Assembly (NCBI RefSeq): GCF_000143415.4
Contig: NW_003314261.1
Location: 5,420,360-5,484,359, forward strand
Origin: Selaginella moellendorffii
Lineage: Eukaryota; Plantae; Lycopodiophyta
Length of the DNA stretch: 64,000 nucleotides
Direction of reading: 5' to 3'
Below are positions 10,991 to 23,411 of this stretch, piece after piece; position 1 is the first letter of the stretch, and the number at the start of each line of letters is the position of its first letter. The notes under the pieces are model-generated. The model was given only the letters and a program-made list of their open reading frames with translations, searched no databases and was not told the origin of the DNA. The position numbers and the translations under genes were made by a program.

Positions 10991-13900
10991 AGAAATCTAG
11001 CCACAATCAGCTGTGCTTACGACTACGCAGAAAATTCCCTAGTGGAATGGGAATTGTGGAAGATGTGATAAAAAGTTTCAAGGGAGTTGAGATATTCTCG
11101 CTTATGCTTAAGGGCTATAAAGAAAACTTGCTGGAGCAAATCCACAAATACAATCCAATAAAGTAAGGTCAAAACAGAGGGAGCTGTTGATGTTTTCATG
11201 CATAGGGGAGGAAGGTTTTCATTGCGACGTTCGGGGTGCTTGCATTGACGTGGGAGAGACATAAGTTGGACATGTAGTGAATGGTAAGGTAGTAAACACT
11301 GCAACTAGGAAGAGAGAATGAGAGAAAGAGCCGATAAAAAGCGGAGCAGTGTGGTTCCTCCAGAGAAGAAGGATGGAAGATGACAAACCACAGTACTCTT
11401 AGAGCACTAAAGAATCTAACTCGCCATAGAGCTCTTCAAGCGTATGGAAGCCAAAGGCTTTGTGGCATCGATCCAACAGGACTAAGAAAACTTACATCCT
11501 TGTTTGTTCTTGAAGAACATTTCAACTCCACCATGCAAGCTCCTGGAAACTTGTGCATGGATCCTGGCCTTCAGAAAACAATACTTCCACAAGCACCAGA
11601 TAGTTCTTGCTATTGCATGTTGCTTTTGGTTCCAGCACCCAAAGCTGTAATTATTTAGCAATATGCATTGATAATATATAATAATAAACTGAGTTTCAAA
11701 TAAATAATGTGCTGCACTAGGTTTGTCTTTTAATGTATATTGTAATATACTTCTTAGCATACGTGTGTAACAACAAATGAGGTGCTTATTTAGATTGCAT
11801 TGATGCGTAACCATTAGGTCATCAAACTTGGACAGGGCCTAAACTTTCATGCCCTCTCTGTTAATGATGTTATTTTGAGAAGTTTACATGACTTTATTTA
11901 ACATGTTAGTGTGAATCCTTTTAACTTGGAGGATAATATCAATTTTTAAAATGTGGGAATTTACTCTTGAAGTTCCAGTTATATGCTTTTCCCCACCTTT
12001 TAACATGCATGCAAAAAATAAAAATTACATGAATTTAAGAATGTGAGAATATTCTAGAATGTACTTAGATATTTTAGGTATATTCTCTACATGCAAGTAA
12101 TGTACAAAATATGTAAAATGCTGAAATGCAAAAAACTAAAAACAATATTAAATTTTTTTCCTTATATAAATGTAACATATTTTCAAAAAATTAATTTTAT
12201 GGCAAATAAATATACTATAATAAGTGTTTGAACAGGAAATACTATATTTTAAAGTTATAAGTTAAATATTTTTAATATGATATGTTTTAACACTTGTTAA
12301 GAATGTAATATATTTATTTATTTTATGAAAAATTATATAGTAAAACATATACTAAAATAAGTGCTTGAATCAAGTGTATTAAGAAACATAAAACTATTTA
12401 CAATTAATTAAATAATAATTATATAGTAAAGAATAATGTTATAATGAGTATTTGAACATATAATATCAAATTTTATAAGAAATATAAAATTATTTAAAAT
12501 AATTTAAAAAATATTTTTAAAATTTAATATTAAAGATATTTACATCCAACTCTAGTCCAGCATCCATCAAAATTGTTAAATTTTAACAGCTTTGAATGAA
12601 TAAAATTTAGAAATATGTTTGAATTAATTATTAAAATAGAATTTTCTATTTTAATTTATTATCATTTACAAAAATCAAGTTCAAATTCAAATTTTATAAT
12701 ATGAATCATAATTATCAACACCTTTTATAATTTATTATATAAATTAGTTTTATTTTATTTATATTGTCTAATTATATTAAATTATTCTTCTAAATATGAT
12801 AAATTCATTAAGAAATTAGAAATTTGTATTAATTTTATTATGTATATTATAGTTTTATTTACTTAAAATAACTGCTATATTTAAAAATTCAAAAATCCTG
12901 AAAACTTCAACCAATAAAGAACGTTTTAGTAGTTTATAGTTTTTATTTCATTTTGATATCAATTAAATGGTTTCACATTTCAACTATTCACAATTCCAAA
13001 AATGAAATAATTTGAAACACTATACAAGAACACTTTGTTTTTTTTGGTTCTTTTTATTAAAATGAGTAATTCATAATTCATATCTATTTGCTCAATCACA
13101 AATTTAGCCTAGAAAAACAATTGGAAACTGGAGTTTACAAAACTAAAATGTAAATCTTGTCAAGCTAGCTTTACTATTGGGCATCTTGGGATTTCGTTCT
13201 GCAAATTGACAAAATAATTTATTATCTCAACTTCATGTGAGTAAACACATAACACTACATAATCACAATATGCAAATGTATGCTGTATGTATCAAGCTTC
13301 TAAACGAATTCCTTATAAATTTCATGCAGCAAAATCCAAGTTTTAGTAAGGATTCACATCAAAATGTATCTCAGGTTAGAGAGAGACTTGTTTGCTTGAT
13401 GTTTATAGAAATATTAAGCATATGGATCAAGCACAATAGCACTTTTATGAAAAAATAAACTCTTTGCAAATACTTGAAAGTGGCAAGGCTCCATTGATTC
13501 TTTTAAACATTGGAGCTGTTCATTGGAGTTCACAGCAATCCAAGAGGTAAACACACACATACAAATGAAGTACTAGAAAGAAAGAAATCAAGAAATGGTA
13601 GAAAAAAGAATGTCAAAAGGAAGTAATTTTTTCTTGAGAGATCCCATGCAAAAGCTAAGTTGAAATATTAAAGATTGAGTTATGTAACCCCACCACCTCC
13701 AATGAATGACCCTAGCCTAGTGCAAACTAATACTAGATTCATGACCAAAATCAAAATGGTGCTTTCTATGGGTGAAGCTCTTATGGGCTTTTGTAGACTC
13801 CCTTTTTGGTTTGCTTAAGTAGAACTGTAAGTGATTGAAATGATAGTGAATATACCTAGAATATGTTTGAATATTTTATGATTTTACAATCTAATGGTTA

Positions 13901-15039
13901 TATTCATCTAGAATAATTTTATATTTATAATTTATAAACATATTTATAATGTATAAAATTTCCTAAACACTTTCTAGTACATTCTAGTATATTCTACCAT
14001 CTAATGGTTAAGCTTAATATTATGTTTATAAATTATAACCATTTATAAAATTATATTTGATCAATTGGATTAATAAATAGGAATAACACTACTATTAAAT
14101 AAACAAAAAATGCACAGCAATTTTTTTATTTTTAGTTTCTTGCACTAAATTTTGGTTTTGAATTGAACTGGTGGTCTTCATACATTACCAGCTTAAATCA
14201 TCTCTAAATGGATTGTAAAATTTTCTTGCTATAGCATTAGTGGTAAACAAGATTATTAATAATAAATATTGATTATAAGAGAAGTGTTTAAGAGCATAAA
14301 TCACAACCGTTGGATTAAGAATATTTTAAATATTCTTGACTAACCCTAAATCATAAATTTAAAGAACAATCTTAGCAGAAAGAGGTGGATCTTCGTCAGG
14401 CCTTCATGCCATCCTGGGGCTTCCTTTACTTTCATAACTCGCGGCCAAGCAGCCCGTGTTCGCTCAGAGAGATCTTCCAGCCAGCTAACAAAATCCCATT
14501 TTATACCCAGATCTAGCAGAATTATTTGTGTTCGCTCCTCATATTCTTTATGGAACATTTACATCACTTGTTTATAAGGAGGAAAGTTAGCATCGAATTT
14601 ACAAAGATGTGATGAACAGCCAGTCAGACAAGGAACAGACTACCACTCCCCGTTAGATTAGAGTCCACATCGACCGTTCCTCGTTGTCCTACGCTAGCTA
14701 GCACCGACTAAACAAAGCCCAAAACCAAAGCTGTGTGTATTCCACTGAGAAGTTCTTCCAGCCCCTCCCCAGGTTACCCAAAATTTTTCCAGCATCATCA
14801 CCCCAAAGCTGCTATCTGCCTAGTAGACTTGGAGTAGCCCAGGAAAGCCTGTTTTGTCACCACAAAGTCTCCAGGAAATCACCAAACCTGGTAGCGACAC
14901 CGCCACGGAAGGATGAATCATGGATCCAAGTTAGCTGCTGAGCGGATCACCGATTCGATCAAGCGGTCAACCCCGGTCGATCTAGCAAGGCCAAAGTTTT
15001 TGCCTGTTTGAGGCAACCCAACTCAAAGATCACGATCAC

Positions 15040-15798
15040 TCAACAAAGTACCTCCGACAAGAGCCTGTACCGTCTCCCAACACCGGCTTTGGATGGAGAG
15101 AACTGGAAACCGTGGCTATAACCCGGGCTCATCGGTGGCTTCGAGTGACCTGGGGTAGCTGCGTTGCAAGTGGGCGATTTTAGCTTGTGGTGGTGATGGC
15201 TCTTGAGAAGCTCCTGCTGTTCCTGGTGATGATCCTGCTTGGACATGTCCAGATCTGAGCACCTCTTCCTCTTGTGGACCAGCGGCTTGGGCTTGATCTC
15301 TCTACCTGGGGGAATCACTACATTTGCCTCGCTACACGGCGATCCTTCCTTCCTGGCCTGCTTCTTCACACTAAACTTCTCTAGGTTCTCCGCGGCCTGC
15401 AGTAGGCAATCCAGCGGGCTCTGGACGCTCGACCGTGTGGCGGTCACACTGCCGGGCGCCTTGAATCCATCAACCGCCTGTTCCTGCTGGTGCCCATCTC
15501 TATCTCTCCTCGGCTGCTTCGATACACACCAGTCGCACATCATCTGGCTGGAATCCGGCGGCAACTTGGGGTACAAGCTACTGCAGTACCTGGAAGAACA
15601 AGAAACCAAACCGTAATCTCTCGAAATTTCCTTCTAGCGATGGATTTACCTGTGCTGGTAGCGCTGCCGGCACGACGAACAGCGGAAGAGCTCCTTCTGG
15701 AATCCAACATCGCCGCACATACTGCACTCCTTGCCGCTAGGCCGACAATGCCTGGCCGCCTGGTGCTGCTGATGCTGCCGCTGCTGCGGCCGCTCCAT
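15040..15798 (-). CDS. Small PHD-like zinc-finger protein; exons 15798-15650 and 15589-15040
   Basis: ECSMCGDVGFQKELFRCSSCRQRYQHR|YCSSLYP...MCDWC zinc-finger pattern and plant-family C-terminus RRYRLLSEVLC; 60-nt GT-AG intron. Confidence 0.85.
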
Positions 15799-16387
15799 TG
15801 CGCTCCCTCGATCCGAGGGATTCCACCTACGAAACCCTCGCTCCAAAATCCCGCGGCCAAATCACACGCCTCTAGATCCCAAACCCCGCCGCGGCTTGTG
15901 CGCGTGGGAATCCGATCCCTATCGCGTCGATTCCCTGGAAAAAGACGCTCGATTCCTGAGAGATCGCCAAGAACAAAAAATGCGAGTCACTAACACACGA
16001 GAGAACAAGATCAGCACAAAAACAAAACAAGCCGCCTTTATATATTCAATCGTTCGTAGCTCACACTCATACGCCGTATTATCGAATATTCGTCTCCCAG
16101 ACTGACGGGTTGGAAATTTCTAGAAGGTCGCAGTGAGATAAAAGCCGGCACGTCATTGACGTGCTATACGGTGTCCAATTTGTGACCGCCCGTACATTTA
16201 AGGCCCAAAAGCTCAAAATGTCGGTTGATGGCCAAGTGGCGTCATCACATCCACTAGAAAAATGACAGGTGGCAATGACCAATACGTGCTACGTGGCGTA
16301 CGGGCCCGGTTCGCGAAACGAACATTCGCTGATTCGCTTTATTGGATTCCGTTGATCGTGACCGTTCGCGGTCTAGGGCTCTTGGCA
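15799..16387. promoter_or_regulatory. Divergent promoter region between the PHD-like gene and URM1
   Basis: Head-to-head ATGs ~590 bp apart; several ACGT cores (CACGTCA, TGACGTG, ACGTGGC) and a GGCCCA site-II-like motif. Confidence 0.5.
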
Positions 16388-16830
16388 ATGAGGCTCAACT
16401 TGGAATTCAAGTAAGCGCGGTTTTGTGTTGTGCGGGGTTGTCAAAGTGGGCGCATTCCAGGGGAGGATTGGAGCTACTGTTTGGATCTGTCAAGTGCCAC
16501 GAAGTGGAATTGGATTCGAACGAGGTAGGAATCGAAACTTTTGAGTCTTTGGCCACCAAGTTCTTCCTTTGTAGATCACAGTCGAGAAGCTCCTGGTTTG
16601 GATTCGAGAAAATCTGCTCAAGGAGAGACAAGAGATGTTCCTCAAAGGCAAATCCGTGTGAGTTTCTCACTGCTAAACTCTCGCTTGGATTCTCACGGTT
16701 GCATTTCTCCAGGAGGCCCGGAGTTCTCGTTTTGATCAATGACTACGACTGGGAGCTCATGGGGCATTTGGAAGCGCCCATCAAGGACAAAGACAGTGTA
16801 GTGTTCATCTCGACGCTCCACGGAGGCTAG
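16388..16830 (+). CDS. URM1: Ubiquitin-related modifier 1; exons 16388-16410, 16461-16524, 16575-16657, 16713-16830
   Basis: Spliced product [95 protein letters not shown] with the diagnostic [10 protein letters not shown] and FISTLHGG; three GT-AG introns. Confidence 0.95.
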
Positions 16831-16870
16831 AAAACTCCTCCTTTGTTTTCCCTGATCTTAACATGGGTGA

Positions 16871-19162
16871 ATGGGCCATGCAAAGTTCTCCATCTCTCCT
16901 CACCACGTAGAACGATTCGTCCACTCCTCGACGCGGCAATCCTACTCGCACTACGCCCAGATCATCAAGTCGTGCGCCACGGTCCAGGATCTCCTGCGCG
17001 TCCACTCTCAACTCGAGCACAACTCCTGCAATCTCGTCGCGAATCTCCTCATCGACAAGTATGGCAGATTCGGCTGCGTCGCGGAGGCCAAATTGGTGTT
17101 CGACGCGATCGCCCAACCGGGAATTCACTCGTGGAACATCATCACGGCAGCGTATGCCCGAAATGGGCATCTCGATCACGCCGCGCGCCTCTTCGACGTC
17201 ATGCCGCGGAGGGATGTTGTGTCGTGGACGTCGCTCTTGTCAGGATTTTCGCAGTACAATTGTCCCGAAGAGGCCATCCGAGTTTTTCTCTCGATGCCTC
17301 AGTGGGACGTCGTCGCGTGTAATCCTGCCATTGCAGCTTATGCCCAATATGGGCATATTTTCGACGCCGTTGAAATCTTTGCGCGAATGTCTTACAGAGA
17401 CATTGCGTCGTGGAACGCAATCCTCGCAGCTTACAGTGAGTCTTCTCAGGTCTTGAACGTTAACGCTTTTTCAGCGCTGATGCCAATGTGGGATGCCATC
17501 TCGACAAACACTGTTCTTACAGCAAATGCCACAGCCGGGTATCTCGAACGTGCGAAGTGTATCTTTGATCGTTCGAGTTTTCGAGATGTGATTTCCTGGA
17601 CAGCGCTTGTTCAGGCCTACGCCCTTAACGAAAACATGGATCATGGGGACTTGGTATTTAGAAAGATGCCACATTGGAACTCAATTACCTGGAGCATTCT
17701 CACCACAGCAAATGCCCAACAAGGGGATGTTCTTGCAGTGAAAAAACTATTTGACACCGCTCCATTGCGCGACGAAGGAATGTGGACGAACCTCATCACA
17801 GTCCTCGCATCGACAGGAAAGCTTGCCGATGCCGTCGATTCAATGTCCCGGATTCCGGATTGGAATGTCCTGGTAATGACGACTCTGATGACGGCGTATT
17901 CCGGTGCGGGAAGAGTCCGGGACGCGAGGAAGGTTTTCGATGCCATCCATTGCCGCGACATTACGTCTTGGAATGCCATGGTTGCGGCTTTCCTGCAAAA
18001 CGACGAGCTCGAGAATGGAACTAGCGTCTTTTGGCAAATGCCGCAGCACAACGTCTGCTCGTGCACGGCGGTTGCGGCTGCGCATGGCGACGCGGGCGAT
18101 CTCCACTCGTCGGAGGCGATCTTCGCCGCCATCCCGGAGAAGGACACTGTGGCCTGGAACGCGATGATCTGGGCTTACGTCTCCAATGGGGATCTCCAGA
18201 CGGGCAAGGCGATCTTCGATTCTATGCCGCGCAGGGGCTCCAGCTCCTGGGACACGATGATCGCAGCCTTCGCCCAGGGAGGAGAGATCTCTCTGGCGAG
18301 CGAGACCCTGGTCAAGATCCCCAGATCAAGCGTTCTCTCCTGGACGTCGCTCCTCGCCGGGCATGCCCAGGCCACCGAGCTCGACAAGGCCATGGCGGTC
18401 TTCCACGCTATGAAGCAGCGAAACGACGTAAGCTGGAACGCTGTTCTCGCGGCGTATGCTCAGGCTGGGGAGATCGAGGACGCGCGGGCGATCTTCGCCA
18501 AGATGCCCCAGCTGGGCATTGCGTCATGGGCGGCGATCGTCGTCGCCTTGGTGAGAAACCGCGACCTCGCCTCCGCGAAGGCGGCATTCGATGGAATGCC
18601 CGAGCACGATGTCTTTGCCTGGAACTGCCTCTTGCGGGCATACGCCTCCAACGGCTTTGTGGCGGATGCCCTAGACCTCTTCAGCCGAATGACCGTTAAA
18701 AACCCAGCGTCCTGGGCCGCCGTACTCGCCTCGTGCGCCTACAACAACATGGGGCGAGACGCCGTACGGCTCTTCCGGCTCATGGTGCTCGACGGCCACC
18801 GTCCGGACGGTACGGCATTCTCGGCTGTGCTGACGGGCTGCGGCCACGCGGGCATGCTCGAGGAGGGGCGGCGGTACTTTTGGGCCATCTCCGAGTCGTA
18901 CGGCGTGACGCCCGCGGTAGAGCACTACAGCTGCGTCGTCAACCTGTTGGGGCGGTCGCGGCGCCTGGCGGACGCCGAGGAGCTCGTCGACTCCATGCCG
19001 CTGTGCCCCCAGGTCTCGACGTGGTCCGTGCTGCTCGGCGTGGCGGGGATATCCGGTGACGTGCGCCGCGCGGAGCGTGCCGCCGAGGAGATCGCGCGGC
19101 TCAGCCCCTGCGCCCACTCGCCTTACGTGCTCCTCTCCAATGTGCTCAGCTCGGACGGATGA
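16871..19162 (+). CDS. PLS-class pentatricopeptide-repeat protein with E domains, no DYW (763 aa, intronless)
   Basis: Long run of ~31-aa repeats (AYARNGHLDHAARLFDVMPRRDVVSWTSLLS and similar), then HYSCVVNLLGRS...TWSVLL...YVLLSNV and stop. Typical organellar RNA-editing specificity factor. Confidence 0.93.
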   Translation: MGHAKFSISPHHVERFVHSSTRQSYSHYAQIIKSCATVQDLLRVHSQLEHNSCNLVANLLIDKYGRFGCVAEAKLVFDAIAQPGIHSWNIITAAYARNGHLDHAARLFDVMPRRDVVSWTSLLSGFSQYNCPEEAIRVFLSMPQWDVVACNPAIAAYAQYGHIFDAVEIFARMSYRDIASWNAILAAYSESSQVLNVNAFSALMPMWDAISTNTVLTANATAGYLERAKCIFDRSSFRDVISWTALVQAYALNENMDHGDLVFRKMPHWNSITWSILTTANAQQGDVLAVKKLFDTAPLRDEGMWTNLITVLASTGKLADAVDSMSRIPDWNVLVMTTLMTAYSGAGRVRDARKVFDAIHCRDITSWNAMVAAFLQNDELENGTSVFWQMPQHNVCSCTAVAAAHGDAGDLHSSEAIFAAIPEKDTVAWNAMIWAYVSNGDLQTGKAIFDSMPRRGSSSWDTMIAAFAQGGEISLASETLVKIPRSSVLSWTSLLAGHAQATELDKAMAVFHAMKQRNDVSWNAVLAAYAQAGEIEDARAIFAKMPQLGIASWAAIVVALVRNRDLASAKAAFDGMPEHDVFAWNCLLRAYASNGFVADALDLFSRMTVKNPASWAAVLASCAYNNMGRDAVRLFRLMVLDGHRPDGTAFSAVLTGCGHAGMLEEGRRYFWAISESYGVTPAVEHYSCVVNLLGRSRRLADAEELVDSMPLCPQVSTWSVLLGVAGISGDVRRAERAAEEIARLSPCAHSPYVLLSNVLSSDG

Positions 19163-19233
19163 TCCATTAAAGAAGGGTTTAAGTCGGGTTTTAAAAAAAT
19201 TAAAGATCATAATTAACTATGAAGAATGATAAC

Positions 19234-19484
19234 AAACGTGGATAGATCTAGCGAGCTTCCACTCAGTTTTAGCCAAGAATGATATAAAACGTGGATAGAT
19301 CTAGCCAGCTTGGAAATTGCTAATGATAAAGTATATTGTTAAATGTAATACTTTTATATCATCATGTCTGAATTTAAAATTGTGAACTTAGTGGAACACA
19401 ATGAGGTATGATCGTGGAAGAAAGAACCATCAATTCGTTTTTCTTCCAGCTCTAACGGACTTGGATAGATTTAGCCAGCTTCCA
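19234..19484. repeat. Three dispersed copies of a ~24-bp motif
   Basis: tggatagat(c/t)tagc(g/c)agctt at ~19239, ~19292 and ~19462. Confidence 0.7.
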
Positions 19485-20017
19485 CCTATGGATTGGAAAG
19501 CACAACTAAGTTTTAGCTGACAACGCGTATCCAAAAGTTACCAAGTTACTCTTACCAAGTATCCACCGCCGGATCCCTGGATCCAAGTGATCGAGATACA
19601 GTGTACACTAGCAGAGAACCTCCCCCCTACGGTTAAAAGGACGAGCGAGTCACTGTAAAAAGAAAGGAAGATATTCGTAGCACAGCCGAGAGATGGTTCC
19701 ATTTCGAATGGGTGACGAGTGAGCGAGTACACGTACACACCAGCGATTAGTACGGCAATGATAAGCGCCACCTTTGTTTGAAAGAAAGCTTGTTTGTTCT
19801 TACCTGGAGAGAGAGAGCTTCTTCCCAGTCCGTTGCATTTGGAAATCCGGTTGATGATAGCAAATCGGTGTCGCTGTCCAGGCAAAGAGCAGTCAGTTTG
19901 GCGGTATATAAGAAACGAGAACGAACTTTGTCTCCGCTTAAGTTACCTCCAGTGTTGGCTTTGCTCTCGCTCGTCTTGTTCTTGTCTCTCTTCTTCCAGC
20001 TCCTCGTCGAGCGAGCA

Positions 20018-21471
20018 ATGGAGGCTTGCGCCTGTTCTTACTCGCTCCAAGCTGTCGTCCATGGCGAATCGTCGAAGATTTTCTGTTGCTGTTCTTGTTC
20101 TCCTCCTCCTCTTGTTTCTCCTCCTCCTTCCCCTGGCTTCGCTCACTTCCCAGCATCTGTTCTTGGTGTTCTTGAGGAGCCCCAGGCCCAGGAAGTCGAT
20201 TTTGACTGCTCCAGCGAGTTCTTCCTCGTCGACCAGTTACTGGCTGCTACTGCGTCGTGCTCGGCGGATTTCTGCTCGTTTCTTGATTCTGCTGCTACTG
20301 AGCTCGCCACCGTCTGCTACTCCAGCTTCACGGGCGATTCCATCGCTTCCACGGACGGTGACGCAGTGATCGGGCACGAATGCTGGAAGGAACTGCTCAA
20401 AGAGGAGGAGCAGCAGCCTCCGCAGAAGGTTGAGCCAGAGCCAGTGAAGGCGGAGCCTGGGAGGACAGAGTCCCGGCAAGGCGATGATCCGGTGGTGCAA
20501 GACGATGATCCGGTGGTGGCAGACGACGAGCAGCTCAAGAGGTACGTGAAAGTCCTTCCATCTAGCTGCTCTCGCGCTTGCTCAGCATATTCTTTGCTCA
20601 TCTCGTGCTAGGAAGTGGGAATTCCAGGCCGGGCTTAAGCGTGCGCTCAAGAACAACCAGGTCATCGACGTCGATGCTCTGGCAGAGGTCAAGGTGAGCA
20701 GCGTATAGTTAGTTTGCTGGGAAAGAAAGAAAAAAATCGAAGCTTACCTTGAATTATTGGAGCAGACAGAGAAGGACGAGAACGAGGACAGGCTTCCAGG
20801 CCTCCGAGAGTATATCGGGAAGAGGAGCTGCGAAGAAACTGAGAACAGCATTTGCAAGAGAGTCAGAAAAGCCCACTCGAACGATGCCGCTCTCGTGGAT
20901 GCTCTACGACTGAGAAACGCAAGAATGGAGTTACCAGAGGCTGTCCGGGGCTTCCAAATCGAGGAGGCCGATATCTACGCGACGCATCCCGCTTTCCTAC
21001 TGCGAAATTCTCCAGGCGAGTTCTAGAAAATTTCTTCTTTGAGATAGTTTTGATCGATCTTACTGTGCCTTGTTTCCAGGAGGAACGCGATATCTCTTCG
21101 CTAGGACGAAGTACTCCTCACGGCCGGCGCGATCGAGAACGACACTGGATGGATGCCGCTGGAAGCAGCAGGGCCCGTCCCTGCCGATCAAGATCGACGA
21201 CGAAGTCGTGGCATACAAGACCTACCTCAGCTTCGTGCCGCTCAAGGATCACGAATCCTACGCGCCGATGCTCTGCGCCACTAACATAGCCGGATTCCTG
21301 CTGCGGCGAGCGGCGGGATTGCGGAGATTTGCGCGCTACACCATGGAAGAGATCGTGCTCAAGGAAGACCGCGAGATGGAGCTGCGCAAGCTCAAGAAAT
21401 GCCGGATCCCCCGCCCCTTTCGTGTGCTGTGTAGAATCAGCACCCGGCTGCCCGGCCATTCGTGGCTGTGA
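20018..21471 (+). CDS. Divergent NAC-domain-like protein with the domain at the C-terminus; exons ~20018-20541, 20612-20693, 20763/20766-21015, 21080-21471
   Basis: C-terminal half follows NAC subdomain order: NDAALVDALR / IEEADIYATHPAFL / RYLFARTKYSSRPARSRTTLDGCRWKQQG / VVAYKTYLSF...YTMEEIVL / VLCRI. Requires one GC-AG intron. Confidence 0.6.
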
Positions 21472-21706
21472 GGCCGAGAAATCGAATTCCTCTTTCCCTC
21501 GCGGTGGAAGAACCCTAAACTCTCGAAGGTGCTGGGGAGGGGAATCGAGCCCGCGACGGCTCCTCTAGCCACCACGTGGTCAACTCCCATTGCTCCGGGC
21601 ATTGTGGACCTGGTCCAGCTCCGCCACGCCGCCCTAGGCGACAGGAAATGCGAGGGAGCGATGCGCGGCTGATCCATCAGGTACTTCCAGCGCGATTCCA
21701 TCGTCC

Positions 21707-21806
21707 NNNNNNNNNNNNNNNNNNNNNNNNNNNNNNNNNNNNNNNNNNNNNNNNNNNNNNNNNNNNNNNNNNNNNNNNNNNNNNNNNNNNNNNNNNNNNN
21801 NNNNNN
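21707..21806. other. Assembly gap (100 N)
   Basis: Run of exactly 100 N; true length unknown, so distances across it are unreliable. Confidence 1.
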
Positions 21807-21844
21807 AGGGATTAGGGTTTAGATCCTCGCCTCCCCCCGGCTCC

Positions 21845-22858
21845 ATGGCGAGCGACGCGCAAGAGCCGGCCAAGCGCGCCGAGATCTACACCTACGACGC
21901 GAACTGGCCGATCTACGCCATGAACTGGAGCGTGCGCAAGGACTCGCAATTCCGGCTGGGGATTGGCAGCTTTGTTGAGGATTACAGGAACACGGTCCAG
22001 ATTGTGCAGCTGGACGACGAGAAGAACAAATTCGTGGCGGATTCCCGGCTGTGCTTCGAGCACCCCTACCCGACCACCAAGCTCATGTTCATCCCGGACA
22101 AGGAGTGCCAGCGGCCGGATCTAGTGGCGACCTCGGGCGATTTCCTGCGGATATGGCAAGTCGGGGAGGACAAGGTGGAGCTCAAGAGCTTGCTCAACAA
22201 CAACAAGAACAGTGAGTTTTGCGCGCCGCTCACTTCCTTCGACTGGAACGAGCTCGAGCCCAAGCGCGTAGGAACGTCGAGCATCGACACTACTTGCACG
22301 ATTTGGGATATAGAGAAGGAAGTGGTGGACACTCAGCTCATCGCCCATGACAAGGAAGTGAACGACATCGCCTGGGGCGGAGTCGGGGTCTTCGCGTCCG
22401 TCTCGGCCGATGGCTCCGTGCGAGTTTTCGATCTCCGGGACAAGGAGCACTCGACGATCATCTACGAGAGCCCCCAGCCGGACACGCCGCTGCTGAGACT
22501 CGGGTGGAACAAGCAGGATCCGCGCTACATGGCCACCATTTTCATGGACAGCGTCAAGGTGGTGATCTTGGACATCCGCCTGCCGACGCTCCCGGTGGCG
22601 GAGCTCCAGCGGCACCAGGGGACCGTGAACGCCATCGCTTGGGCTCCTCACAGTTCCTGTCATATTTGCACCGCGGGTGACGACTCCCAGGCGCTGATCT
22701 GGGATTTGTCAAACATGAGCCAGCCGATAGACGGGGGCCTGGATCCGATTCTAGCTTACACCGCGAAGGCCGAGATCAACCAGCTGCAGTGGTCGTCCTC
22801 TCAAACAGACTGGGTCGCCATCGCGTTTGCGAGCAAGCTAGAGATTCTTCGAGTCTGA
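21845..22858 (+). CDS. LWD1: LWD1/2 (AN11/TTG1/DCAF7 family) WD40 protein, 337 aa, intronless
   Basis: KRAEIYTY...[91 protein letters not shown]; the N-terminus and [10 protein letters not shown] resemble LWD more than TTG1. Confidence 0.93.
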   Translation: MASDAQEPAKRAEIYTYDANWPIYAMNWSVRKDSQFRLGIGSFVEDYRNTVQIVQLDDEKNKFVADSRLCFEHPYPTTKLMFIPDKECQRPDLVATSGDFLRIWQVGEDKVELKSLLNNNKNSEFCAPLTSFDWNELEPKRVGTSSIDTTCTIWDIEKEVVDTQLIAHDKEVNDIAWGGVGVFASVSADGSVRVFDLRDKEHSTIIYESPQPDTPLLRLGWNKQDPRYMATIFMDSVKVVILDIRLPTLPVAELQRHQGTVNAIAWAPHSSCHICTAGDDSQALIWDLSNMSQPIDGGLDPILAYTAKAEINQLQWSSSQTDWVAIAFASKLEILRV

Positions 22859-23277
22859 GAGGGGAGAGAAGAGGTGAATCGTCCAGCTGCTGTAGTAGAG
22901 TATAAGAAGCAAAGGTATGCTGGTTTTTTTCTCTCTTTTCTGTTTAGCATGGGATTTTGCTGCTCGCCCAGTTGAGCCCCTTGACGGGGAGCCGGATGAG
23001 AATCATAGCAAAGTTGGCGATTGCTAAGCAGAAAGCACAGGATGGGCAGACGCAAGCGACCAAGTTCCTGGAAGAACAAGGAAGAAAAAAAAGAGATCTC
23101 ATCTCAAAGAATAGTTTTTTTTTTTGTTTTTTGAGCAAAGCTTACCCGATCAACCATACAAACATTCCCACCAGGGATAGCAAACATCCCAAAGCTCCAA
23201 GTATTCCTCCCACAATGCAGGCGACTGGACCCATGAAGCTTCTTTTGTGTCGTTGGCGTGAGAAGTGGAAACTACCA

Positions 23278-23411
23278 GTCCACGTCAGCCGTCCGCGTGG
23301 CCGCCACGGCAGACGTTATCTTTGTCCGACGTGGCAGGCGCGCGGTCCGTGCGGTGGACGTGCGGCTGGTAATCATCCAGCCGCGCGGTTTGCTGCGCAG
23401 TAGCACACGTG
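23278..23411 (+). promoter_or_regulatory. G-box/ACGT cluster upstream of the FTR variable-subunit gene
   Basis: CCACGTCA, GACGTGGC, GGACGTGC, perfect CACGTG at 23406-23411 and a TTATC (I-box-like) motif; fits a light-regulated chloroplast gene. Confidence 0.45.

Noticed and set aside
11700-14350. Very AT-rich block as a distinct element
   Set aside because: No termini, repeats or coding motifs that I can support.
19538-19885. Small minus-strand spliced gene
   Set aside because: Splice-like signals exist, but the joined frames hit stops and no homology is recognisable.
21336-21706. Minus-strand ORF next to the gap
   Set aside because: Overlaps the NAC-like 3' end, is cut off by the gap and has no recognisable domain.
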